Origin: an uncultured Acidobacteriota bacterium
GTDB lineage: Bacteria > Acidobacteriota > Thermoanaerobaculia > Multivoradales > DATKCC01
NCBI GenBank assembly: GCA_963843755.1
Contig: CAWJLS010000012.1
Location: 4,001 to 68,000 of the forward strand
Direction: 5' to 3'
DNA length: 64,000 bases
The notes below the pieces were generated by a model. It was given only the letters and a program-made list of their open reading frames with translations. It was not told the DNA's origin and made no database searches. A program made the translations under genes and the position numbers. Positions 27,869 through 39,636 of this stretch are shown one piece after another (positions within the stretch are counted from its first letter, which is position 1; the number at the start of each line of letters is the position of its first letter).

Positions 27869-28826
27869 TCAGGCGAACCTCTCGCCGACCCGGACCCGCT
27901 CCCCGTTGACGAAGTCGGAGGCCCGCTGGGACTTCTTGCCCGGGACGCTGGATCTCCTCGATGCCGAAGACCGTGTCGTCACCGCAGAGGATCGCCATCT
28001 TGCCCTGGCGCAGCCCCAGGTAGGTCCCGGTGGCGCCCGACGGCGCCTTCTCCCAGTCCATCGGCACGCCCCAGAGCACCTTGACCGGACGCCCCTTGAA
28101 GTGGGCGGTCATGCCCGGCCAGGGGTCGAAGGCGCGCATGCGGTTGTAGAGCTCGGTCGGCGTCGAGCGCCCAGTTCATCTTGCCGTCGGACTTGGAGAA
28201 CTTCTCGGCGTAGCTGGCGCTCTCCTCGCGCTGCTTGCGCTCCTTGATGCCTTTGCCCTTGGCCAGCTTCTCGACCGTCTCGACCATCAGGCCGGCGCCG
28301 ACCTGGGCCAGGCGCCTGGCCAGCTCGCCGGCGGTCTCGGAGCGGCGGATCGCCACCTCTTCCTGGAGCAGGATCGGACCGGCGTCGAGCTCTTCCTCCA
28401 TGCGCATGGTGGTGACGCCGGTCTTCTTCTCGCCGTTGGCGAGCGCCGACTGGATCGGCGACGCGCCGCGGTACTTGGGCAGCAGCGAGGCGTGGAGGTT
28501 GATCGCGCCCCGCTTGGGCACGTCGAGCAGCTCGGCCGGGAAGATCTGGCCGAAGGCGACCACCACGAAGAGGTCGGGCTCGAGCTCGCGCATCGACGCG
28601 ACGAACTGCTCGTCGCGGACGCGCTCGGCGTGGATCACGTCGATGCCGAGGGCGCTCGCCGCCTCGGCCACCGGGGGCTCCTTGACCTCCTGTCCTCGGC
28701 CGACCGGGCGCGGTGGCGGCGTCACCACCGCGCACCGGCCGGTGGCTCGGCCTCGGCGAGCGCTTCGAGGGTGGGGACGGCGAACTCCGGCGTGCCGAAA
28801 AAGACGATCCGTTCCAGCTTGGGCAT
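27869..28826 (-). CDS. fmt: Methionyl-tRNA formyltransferase with four apparent single-base frameshifts
   Basis: Segments RIVFFGTPEFAVP / VVTPPPRPVGRG..INLHASLLPKYRGASPI..LDAG / ELYNRMRAFDPWPG / KKSQRASDFVNG lie in shifting frames. Confidence 0.88.
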
Positions 28827-28913
28827 GCGCGGCGATCGGTAGCAGACCCGCAGGCGCGCACGGAGGGGCGGCCGGTGCGGCGGATGGAACGCCGCTCCGT
28901 GATTCAGTCGGCG

Positions 28914-29261
28914 TCAGCTCGCCGCGGCCTCGTCCTCTTCCTCGAGGATCTCCAGGTGCCCCTTGCCTTCCATGCTCGACAGGTCGATGGTCGAGTGGAC
29001 CCGGATCGGCACGCCGTCCAGGTTGAGGCGGCCGGCCAGGGTGACCTCGCCCTCGCCCTTCTCGAAGTCGCCCTTCGACAGGTCGGAGTGATCGTCTTCG
29101 AGGGGGAACCCGAGCTCGGTACCGCCCCGGGTCTCGGTGAACTTCACGTGCACGTAGTTCCTGTCGATCGCCGCCTTGAGCTCCCCCAGGGCGTCGTCCC
29201 GGATCGGCCGGAAGATCACCTTGTGGTCGCCCTTGGCCAGCTTCTGAACCAGCTCGCTCAT
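28914..29261 (-). CDS. Small conserved protein with a YVHVKFTETRGGTELG motif (family I recall as MbtH-associated / CBF-beta-like)
   Basis: 115 aa from ATG 29261 with a GGAG RBS. Motif recalled from a domain fused to or next to MbtH proteins; not verified by a search. Confidence 0.7.
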   Translation of the reverse strand: MSELVQKLAKGDHKVIFRPIRDDALGELKAAIDRNYVHVKFTETRGGTELGFPLEDDHSDLSKGDFEKGEGEVTLAGRLNLDGVPIRVHSTIDLSSMEGKGHLEILEEEDEAAAS

Positions 29262-29397
29262 CGGGTCGTCTCCTGCAAGTCGAAAGTCAAGGGTGCGGTT
29301 GGCGGGGCGCGCTCGAGCGCACCCGCACCCTCTTCTGTGCGGTGGGCGACGGTTTGTGACAGATCCCGCGCCGATCATTTCTGAACCGGCGATCCGG

Positions 29398-31921
29398 TCA
29401 CTCCAGCCGGGCGGCGTCGATCTCGGCGAAGTAGTCGCCGGGGACGAGGACCTCGCGCGGCTTCGAGCCCTGGGGCGGGCCGAGGATGCCGTCCTGCTCC
29501 ATCATGTCGATCAGGCGGGCGGCGCGGGAGAAGCCGACCCGCAGGCGGCGCTGGAGGAAGGAGGCCGAGCCCTGGCCCTCGGAGACCACCAGGCGGGCGG
29601 CCTCGTCGTAGAGCTCGTCGTCGGCGTCGCCGTCGCCGCCGCCGCCGCCGCTCCGGCTCGCCCGCGGGCGCCTCGAGCAGGTCGAGGTTGTAGTCCGGCT
29701 TGGCCTGGCGCTTGAGCCAGCGGATCATGCCGGCGGTCTCCTGCTCGGAGACGTAGGCGCCGTGGAGGCGCATGGTGCGCGAGGTGCCGGGCGGCATGTA
29801 GAGGGCGTCGCCCTTGCCCAGGAGCTGCTCGGCGCCGACCTGGTCGAGGATGGTGCGCGAGTCGTGGCGGGTGGCCGTGGCGTAGGAGATGCGGCAGGGG
29901 AAGTTCGCCTTGATCGTGCCGGTCAGGATGTCGACCGACGGGCGCTGGGTGGCGACGATCAGGTGGATGCCGACCGCGCGCGCCATCTGGGCGAGCCGGG
30001 CGATGGCGGTCTCGACCTCGGAGGAGGCGACCATCATCAGGTCGGCCAGCTCGTCGATGATGATGACGAAGTAGGGCAGCGGCTGGAAGTCCTCCGGCGA
30101 GAAGTCGCTCGCCTCCTCGTCCAGGGCCAGGCGCCGGCGCTGCTCCGGGTCGCGGATGGCGCTGTTGTAGAACGCGATCGAGCGCACGTGGACCTCGGCC
30201 AGCAGCCGGTAGCGGCGCTCCATCTCCGCGACCATGTTGTTGAGCACGTTGGCCGCCTGCTGCGGCTCGACGACCACCTTGGTCTCGAGGTTCGGGATGT
30301 CGGCGTAGACCCCGAGCTCGATGCGCTTCGGGTCGACGAAGATGAACCGGACCTCCTCCGGCGGCGCCTTGTAGATGATCGAGGTGATCATCGTCTGGAG
30401 GCCGACGCTCTTGCCCGAGCCGGTGGCGCCGGCGACCAGCAGGTGGGGCATGGTGGCGAGGTCCGCGTAGTACGGCTCGCCGTAGATGGTCACCCCCAGG
30501 GCCATGGTCAGCGGCGAGCGCGCCTTGCGGAAGCTCTCGCCGGCGAGCAGCGTGCCCAGGGGGATGTTGCCGCGCTCCCGGTTCGGCACCTCGATCCCCA
30601 GGGTCGAGCGGCCCGGCAGGCGCTCGATCCGCACCGAGTGGGCCTTGAGCGCCAGGGCGAGCTCGTCCTGGAGGTTGACGATCTGGCTGACCTTGACCCC
30701 CGGGGCGGGCTGGAACTCGAAGACCGTGATCACCGGCCCGGGGCTGATCCCTTCGACCGTGCCCTCGACGCCGAACTCGGCGCACCGGCTCTTGATCAGC
30801 TCGCCCAGGCGGACCAGCTCGTCCTCGTCGAGGCGCGCCTGGATCGATCCCTGGGTCAGCAGGTTGAGCGGCGGCGTGCCCGGCTTGCCGCTGCCCGGCT
30901 CGTCGACGAACTCGAAGCGCTGCTGGGGCGCCTCCGGAGCGCGCCGCGACGGGCGCTCCGCCGGCGGCCGGACGAGACCGGGAGAGAGCCCGGCGGCCGA
31001 TCGTTCGCCGGCCCCCGCCTCCCCGGCGGCAGCGCCCGCCGGAGCGGCGACCCGGCGGACCGCGAAGCCGCCCTCGCCCTTGCGCTCGACCACCCGGAGC
31101 GGCAGGTCGGCCATCGGCCGGCCGGCGACCTGGGGCGCGGCCCCGGCACCGGTCCCGGCCCCGGCACCCGGTGCGAGGGCGGTGGACGGGACGTCCTCCC
31201 CGCGCGCCTCCTTCTCCTCGAGCACCCGCTGCAGGTGCTTGGCCACCACCCGGCGGCGGTTCTTCTCCTTGGCCCGCCGCTCGCGGCGGCGGTCTCGGGC
31301 CAGGCGGAGGCGGCTCCACCCGGCGCTCAGGCGGTCCGCCCAGGCACGCATCACCTCGCCCAGGGTGGTCTGGATCGCCAGGGCGGTGCCGATCAGCACC
31401 ATCGCCAACAGCACCAGCACCGTGCCGGCGAAGCTCACCCGGCCGCGCAGCAGGTCCCCCAGCAGCTTGCCGAACGCGCCGCCGGTGTCGAACAGCCAGC
31501 CGCGCCAGGCGATGGCGCCGAGGGTCACCTGGAGGAGCGCCGGCAGCGACGCCAGCACCACCAGGGCGCCGAGCAGGCGGAGCGGCGAGCGGTAGCCGCG
31601 CCCCTGGCGCAGGAAGCGCCAGCCGGCGGCCCCGACCAGCAGCGGCAGCAGCAAGGCGGGCAGCCCCAACAGGCCGAACGCCAGGGCGGCCACCCCCGCA
31701 CCGAACGGTCCGATCAGGTTGCGCACCCGCCCCGGGTCGGACGAGGCGTGGAACCAGCTCGGGTCGCGTGGGTGATAGGAGACCAGGCTGACCGCCAACA
31801 GGACGGCGAGGGTCAGCAGCACCAGGCCGAGGAGCTCGTCCCCCTTGCCGGGGGGAAGCTGCAGGCGTGCCTTCTTGGTCTCTTGCTCGGCCTTTTTCGC
31901 CATCTTTGCCATCTTGGCCAT
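29398..31921 (-). CDS. ftsK: DNA translocase FtsK (4TM + motor + gamma); one apparent frameshift near 29655
   Basis: N-terminal TM segments, [31 protein letters not shown]. The gamma domain [29 protein letters not shown] is in the adjacent frame, ending at 29398. Confidence 0.92.
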
Positions 31922-32031
31922 CTTGGGCAGGTGCTCGATCGCCCTCTTTGCGGTCGCTCCGTCGGGATGACGGCCTCGAGGGACGACTTCGAGAAACGCT
32001 TCAACCCGATCGTGTTAACTATCGAACGATT

Positions 32032-32970
32032 CTAACATTGCGCCCGCCCGGCCGAGCCCTCGAGCGCCCCGTGCAGGCGCAGGAAGTCGTCGAGGGAAAG
32101 CTCTTCGGCCCGCGCCCGCTCCGGGATGCCCGCCGCCTCCAGCGCCGCCTCCGCCCGCTCGCGGCCGCCGCTTCGACGGCTGCTCTGCCTGCCACGGGAC
32201 GTGCCCCGCTCCCCCGCCGGACCGGCGCCCCGGTGCCCACGCCCACCTCGAGGGCTCGCCGACAGCGCCGCGCCCAGGCTGTTGCGCACGGTCTTGCGCC
32301 GCTGGCCGAACGCCTGGTGCACGGTGCGCTCGAAGCGCTCCATGGACGCGGGCGGCAGCGGCGGCTCCTTGGCGACCAACCCGACGAAGGCGCCGTCGAC
32401 CTTGGGCGGCGGCCGGAAGCTTCCCGCCCGGACCCGGCCGAGCAGCCGCGCGTCGGACCGTGCCGCCACCAGCACCGATAGCGCGCCGTAGTCCGGCTCC
32501 CCGGGCCGTGCCACCAGCCGGTCGCCCACCTCCTTCTGCACCAGGAAGGCCGCCCGCGGTACCTGCCGCGGATGGCGCAGCATCCGGGCGATGAGCGCGG
32601 TGGAGATGGCGTACGGGAGGTTGCCGGCGGCCAGGGTCGGCGCCGGCAGACGCTCCCACGGGATGTCCATGGCGTCGCCCACCACGAGGCCGAGGGCCGG
32701 ACCCGGCGCCTGCCCCCCCCCATCGGCCCGATCGCGCCGGAGGGCGAAGGCCCACTCGGGGTCGAGCTCCCAGGCCCAGACCCGGGCGCCGGCGGCGAGC
32801 AGCTCGTCCGTCAGCACGCCGCCGCCCGGCCCCACCTCGAGCACCCGCTCCCCCGCCGGCCGCAGGAAGGCGACCAGCGGCTGGCAGAGCCGGCCGTCGA
32901 CCAGGTGGTGCTGGCCGAGCGCCTTCTTGAGCGGCGGGCGCGGCGACGGGGCGGGTGACGACGGAGCCAT
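32032..32970 (-). CDS. rsmA: 16S rRNA m6,2A dimethyltransferase
   Basis: KKALGQH, LEVGPGGG.LT, GNLPY, VQKEV, FRPPPKVD, FGQRRK. ATG at 32970. Confidence 0.93.
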   Translation of the reverse strand: MAPSSPAPSPRPPLKKALGQHHLVDGRLCQPLVAFLRPAGERVLEVGPGGGVLTDELLAAGARVWAWELDPEWAFALRRDRADGGGQAPGPALGLVVGDAMDIPWERLPAPTLAAGNLPYAISTALIARMLRHPRQVPRAAFLVQKEVGDRLVARPGEPDYGALSVLVAARSDARLLGRVRAGSFRPPPKVDGAFVGLVAKEPPLPPASMERFERTVHQAFGQRRKTVRNSLGAALSASPRGGRGHRGAGPAGERGTSRGRQSSRRSGGRERAEAALEAAGIPERARAEELSLDDFLRLHGALEGSAGRAQC

Positions 32971-33183
32971 CGGCCGGACGCTATCAGCCCCATCCGCCTC
33001 GTGCGCGCCTGCGCCCCGCGGGTCGGACCCGGCTCGAAACCGGCTCGAGCTCGGAGTGGGGAAGGCGCCGTGCCGTCGCCCTGCCGACGCCAATCTGGCA
33101 TCGTTCGAAGGCGCCGCGAGCCCGGAACCGCGCCCTTTCCACTGGCACCCCACTTGCAGCCCCTGGGCGCCCGGGAGGACTCC

Positions 33184-34365
<1,182 letters not shown>

Positions 34366-34399
34366 CCGTGGTCCCCGAAGCCCTCGCCCGGATCCTTCC

Positions 34400-35334
<935 letters not shown>

Positions 35335-35338
<4 letters not shown>

Positions 35339-36573
35339 GCGGGGCGCAGGGTTCTCGGCCGATCCTGCCGCGGCGAGGCTCCGGCGCGCCCGCTGCCCGC
35401 CGGCCGGGTCTGCTCGCGTTGCTGCTGGGCCTGGCGGCCCTGATGACGGCCCTCGCCCCGGCGGCCGTGCACGCGGCCGGCCCCACCGAGCCGTCCGGCC
35501 GGGCTGACCAGGCCGAGACAAGCCGGACCGAGCCAAGCCAGACCGAGCCAAGCCAGACCGCCCGGACCGGCCACGCGGATCGCTCCGCCCCCGCCGGCGT
35601 CCACCTGCACGTCGAGCTCACACCGCGGGCCGTCACGGTCGGCGACCGGATCACCGCCGTCCTGACCCTCACCGTGCCGGCCGAGGAGGCCGCCAGGCTG
35701 GCGCGGCCGGGCGGGGAGCCGCGGTTCCCGACCTGGGGCGACCGCTGGGGCGAGGCGGAGGTGCTCGAGGTCGGGTCGGTCGAGCACCGGACGGGGGCCG
35801 GGGCGTCCACCTGGCGCCAACGCCTGGTGCTGGCGGTCTTCCAGCCGGGCTCCGTCACCCTGCCCAGGGCGACGGTCCGGGTCCCTCTCCTCGGCGACGG
35901 CATCCCGGACGGCGACGGAGACCGGACGGCCGAGGTGACCAGCGACGCGCCGCCCGCCCTCGAGGTGCGCTCGGTCCTGCCACAGGGCGCCGATGCGGCG
36001 ACCCTCCAACCGACCACCGCCGCCCCGCCGCGCCCCCTGCCGGCGGGCGCTCCGTTCTGGTGGACCCTCGCCGGTGGCGCCGTGCTGGCAGGAGCCTTCG
36101 TCCTCCTCGGCTCCGCCCGCCGTCGCCGGCGGGGGTCCACCGCCGCAGCACCGCTCCGGCCGCCGTTCGAGGAGCTCACCGCCTGCCTCGACGAGCTCCA
36201 CCAGCTCGACGGGGACGCGCCCGGCGCCCGCGGGCCGGAGCACGTGACCCTCTCCCTCGCCCTCCGGCGCTACCTCGGCCGGCGGCTCGACTTCCCCGCC
36301 ATCGAGAGCACCACCACCGAGGTACGCCGCCGGCTGCGCGACCGCCGGCTGCCCGACCCGGTGATCGAGCCCGCGGCGCTGGTGCTCGAGCGCTGTGACG
36401 CGGTCAAGTTCGCCCAGGCGCGGGTCGCCCCCGGTGCGTTCACCGCCAGCCTCGCGGCCACCCGGGAGCTCGCCCGGACCCTCGAGAACCACCTGGCTCC
36501 GGTGACCTTGACGCCCGTCGACTCCGGGACCGGCGGGCCGCACGGGGACGGGCGCTCGGGGGTCGCCGCGTGA
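35335..36573 (+). CDS. Bat-operon membrane-anchored hypothetical protein
   Basis: Signal peptide, VTVGD Ig-like segment, TM segment, then LRRYL......A.ESTT.E and D.VKFA. Overlaps both flanking genes. Confidence 0.75.
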
Positions 36574-37592
36574 CCACCTTCCCCACCCTCGGCGCACCCG
36601 CCTGGCTGCTCCTGCTGCTGGTGGTGCCGCTGCTCGCCTGGCGCCACCACCGCCGCCCCGGCTTCGGTCCCCTCACCTACAGCCGCCTGCCGGCCGGGAC
36701 CGCCACGGCCGCCGGATCGGCGGGACCCGCCGGCGCCTGGCGCCTGCACCTGCCGTTCTACCTCCGGCTCGCCGCCTTCGCCCTGGTGGTCGTGGCCCTC
36801 GCCCGCCCCCAGCTCGGCTACGCCTGGGAGAAGAGCCTGACCGAAGGGATCGACATCCAGATCGCCCTCGACATCTCCGGCAGCATGGGCGCCCAGGACT
36901 TCCAGCCCAAGAACCGCCTGGCCGTCGCCAAGGAGGTGGTCGACCGGTTCATCGCCCAGCGCACCGGCGACCGCATCGGCCTGGTCGCCTTCTCGGGCGG
37001 CGCGGTGACCAAGGCGCCGCTGACCACCGACAAGCGGATGCTCCAGTTCCTGGTCGACTCCCTCGAGCTGGGCTCGCTGCCCCGCGGCACCGCCATCGGC
37101 GTCGCCCTGGCGACCGCCGCCGCCCGGCTCAAGGACAGCCAGGCCGAAAGCCGGGTGATCGTCCTGGTGACCGACGGCGTCAACAACGCCGGGGAGATCG
37201 ACCCGGGCTCCGCCGCCGCGCTGTGCCAGGGCCTCGGCATCCGGGTCTACACCATCGGCGTCGGCACGGGCGGCCGGGTGCCGGTGCCGGTCGGCATCCC
37301 CGATCCGCGGACCGGCGAGACCCGGGTCCGGCGCACCATGCAGGTGATGCCGGTCGACGAGGAGCTCCTGGGGCGGATCGCCCAGCGCACCGGCGGGCGC
37401 TCGTACCACGCCACCGACCCCAAGGGGCTCGCCGACGTCTTCGACGAGATCGACAAGCTGGAGAAGACCGAGCTCGAGGTCAAGCGCTTCGTCCGCTACC
37501 GGGAGGCGTTCCCGCCGCTCGCCTGGGCGGCCCTGGCGCTCGTCCTGCTCCCGCTGGTGCCCGCGGCCCTGGGGGTGACTGCCGAGCCATGA
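36570..37592 (+). CDS. batA: BatA-like VWA-domain protein
   Basis: LARPQ, DISGSM (MIDAS), GTAIG, LVTDGVNN, YTIGVG. Confidence 0.88.
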   Translation: MTTFPTLGAPAWLLLLLVVPLLAWRHHRRPGFGPLTYSRLPAGTATAAGSAGPAGAWRLHLPFYLRLAAFALVVVALARPQLGYAWEKSLTEGIDIQIALDISGSMGAQDFQPKNRLAVAKEVVDRFIAQRTGDRIGLVAFSGGAVTKAPLTTDKRMLQFLVDSLELGSLPRGTAIGVALATAAARLKDSQAESRVIVLVTDGVNNAGEIDPGSAAALCQGLGIRVYTIGVGTGGRVPVPVGIPDPRTGETRVRRTMQVMPVDEELLGRIAQRTGGRSYHATDPKGLADVFDEIDKLEKTELEVKRFVRYREAFPPLAWAALALVLLPLVPAALGVTAEP

Positions 37593-38692
37593 CCCTGCTC
37601 CACCCGAACCTGCTCGGGCTCCTCGCCCTGGTGCCGCTGGCGGCGCTGCTGGCCGCCTGGCTCTGGCGCCGGCGCATCGCCGCCGCCGAGGACTGGGCGG
37701 CGCGCGGCCTGTGGGACCGCCTGCTCACCGGCTGGGCCCCCCGCCGCATCGCCCTGTCGGTGACCGTGCTCGCGGTCGCCGTCCTCGGCATCGCCCTCGC
37801 CCTGGTGCGCCCCCGCTGGGGGACCAGCGAGGAGACCGTCGAGCGCCAGGGTGTCGACCTGGTCTTCGTCGTCGATACGTCGCTCTCCATGGGGGCGCGG
37901 GACGTCACGCCGTCCCGGATGGAGGTCGCCAAGACCTTGGTGCGGCGGCTGGTCCAGGCCATGCCCGGCAACCGGGTGGCCCTGGTCGGCGCCGAAGGCG
38001 ACGGCGTGGTGCTGGCGCCGCTGACCACCGACGCGGCGGTGATCGACCTGATCCTGGACGGGCTCCAGCCCGACTCGCTGCCGCGTCCCGGCACCGAGCT
38101 GGGCAACGCCCTCGACCTGATCCCCGGCCTGTTCCCGCCGGACAGCGAGCACCACCGCGCCGTCGTCCTGCTCTCCGACGGCGAGGACCACGGCGGCGGC
38201 CTCGGCCCGCGCCTCGACGCCCTGAGCAAGGCCGGCGTGATGGTCGACACCGTGGGCATCGGAACCCTCGACGGAGCGCCGGTGCCGCTCGCCGGGGCCG
38301 CCGGGGCGTCGGGAGAGACCAAGCGCCGGGCGGACGGCTCGGAGGTGATCAGCGCCCTCGACGAGACGGTGCTCGAGGAGATCGCCCACGCCACCGGCGG
38401 CGTCTACTTGCGGGCGACCGACAGCGGGCGCAGCCTGCGGCCGCTGGTCGCCGCGGTCGCCGCCCTGGGGACGCGCCCGGTGGAGACGAGCACCACCGAC
38501 ACCCGCTCCGAGCGCTTCCAGTGGCCCCTCGCCCTGGCGGCCCTGGCGCTGCTCCTCTACCTGCTCGTGCCGCCCTTCCGCACCGTCCGACCCGTCTCGC
38601 CAATCACGCCAATCACGCCAATCACGCCGGTCACGCCGGGCACGCCGGGCACGCAAGACAAGGCAGGCACTCCCACCCGGAGGAGCGCATGA
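37589..38692 (+). CDS. batB: BatB-like VWA-domain protein
   Basis: RPRWG, DTSLSM..DV.PSR, PLTTD, LSDGEDH, ERFQWPL. ATG 37589 overlaps the batA stop. Confidence 0.85.
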   Translation: MTLLHPNLLGLLALVPLAALLAAWLWRRRIAAAEDWAARGLWDRLLTGWAPRRIALSVTVLAVAVLGIALALVRPRWGTSEETVERQGVDLVFVVDTSLSMGARDVTPSRMEVAKTLVRRLVQAMPGNRVALVGAEGDGVVLAPLTTDAAVIDLILDGLQPDSLPRPGTELGNALDLIPGLFPPDSEHHRAVVLLSDGEDHGGGLGPRLDALSKAGVMVDTVGIGTLDGAPVPLAGAAGASGETKRRADGSEVISALDETVLEEIAHATGGVYLRATDSGRSLRPLVAAVAALGTRPVETSTTDTRSERFQWPLALAALALLLYLLVPPFRTVRPVSPITPITPITPVTPGTPGTQDKAGTPTRRSA

Positions 38693-39636
38693 GCCGCCTG
38701 GCCGCCCTGCTGCTCGCCGCCTGCTACGCCGGCAGCGTCGCCTGGACCGGGGCACTGGTCGATGCGCCTTCAGCCCTCGAGCGGGTGGCGCCGGTGCTGC
38801 CCGGCCTGCACGCCCCCGCCTGGGCCGAGCGCTGGCTCTACAACCCGCGGGAGCGGACCGCGACCGGGATCGACGCGCTCCAGGACGGCCGCCGGGACGA
38901 CGGCGTCGAGGCGCTCGACAGCGCGCTGCGCCAGGCGCCGGACGATCCCCGCGCGCTCTACAATGCCGGCACCGGCCGGCTGCTGGCCGATTCGCAGCCG
39001 AAGAAGGCGGCGGCCCTGCTCGAACGCGCCGCCGCCGGGGCGCCGCCGGAGCTCGCGCCGCGCGCCTACTACAACCTGGGCAACGCCCGGCTGGCGGCGG
39101 GCGACGCTCCCGGCGCGGTCGAGGCCTACCGCCAGTCGCTGCGTCTCGACCCGTCGCTCGGCCCGGCCAAGCGCAACCTGGAGATCGCCCTGGCGCGGCG
39201 CGACCGCGACCGCCCGCGGGCCGGAAAGCCCAAGGAGGCCCCCGGCGGCAAGCAGAAGGGCGAACAGGAGCCGTCCGACCAGTCGGGCGGCACGGAGCCG
39301 CAGGAGCAGCAGAAGGCGGACGGGCAGCAGGACCGGCAAGACCGGACCTCCGGAGCACGCCCGGAATCGAGTCAGCCCCCGAGCCCGACCCAGGGCGAGG
39401 CGGCCGGCGGCGAAGGGCAGGACGCGGACCGGGTCGGACAGGCCGGCGCACCCGGCCCCGGCGCCCCCAGCCAGCAAGATCAGTCCCTCCTCCACTTCGA
39501 CGATCAGCCGGACATGACCGCCTCGGAAGCCGCTGCCCTGCTCGACGCCATCGATCAGTTGGAGAGGACCGAGCGGCGGCGGGCGGCGCTCGCGCGGGCC
39601 GAGGCGGCGGGCGAGAGCACGGAGGAGGACTGGTGA
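38689..39636 (+). CDS. BatC-like TPR protein
   Basis: YYNLGNA, AY..SLRLDP...AKRNLE, Q/E-rich linker, C-terminal EDW. Confidence 0.82.
   Translation: MSRLAALLLAACYAGSVAWTGALVDAPSALERVAPVLPGLHAPAWAERWLYNPRERTATGIDALQDGRRDDGVEALDSALRQAPDDPRALYNAGTGRLLADSQPKKAAALLERAAAGAPPELAPRAYYNLGNARLAAGDAPGAVEAYRQSLRLDPSLGPAKRNLEIALARRDRDRPRAGKPKEAPGGKQKGEQEPSDQSGGTEPQEQQKADGQQDRQDRTSGARPESSQPPSPTQGEAAGGEGQDADRVGQAGAPGPGAPSQQDQSLLHFDDQPDMTASEAAALLDAIDQLERTERRRAALARAEAAGESTEEDW

Noticed and set aside
27869-29660. Programmed frameshifting or phase variation in fmt/ftsK
   Set aside because: No slippery heptamers or long homopolymers at the sites; multiple clustered +1 events fit sequencing error better
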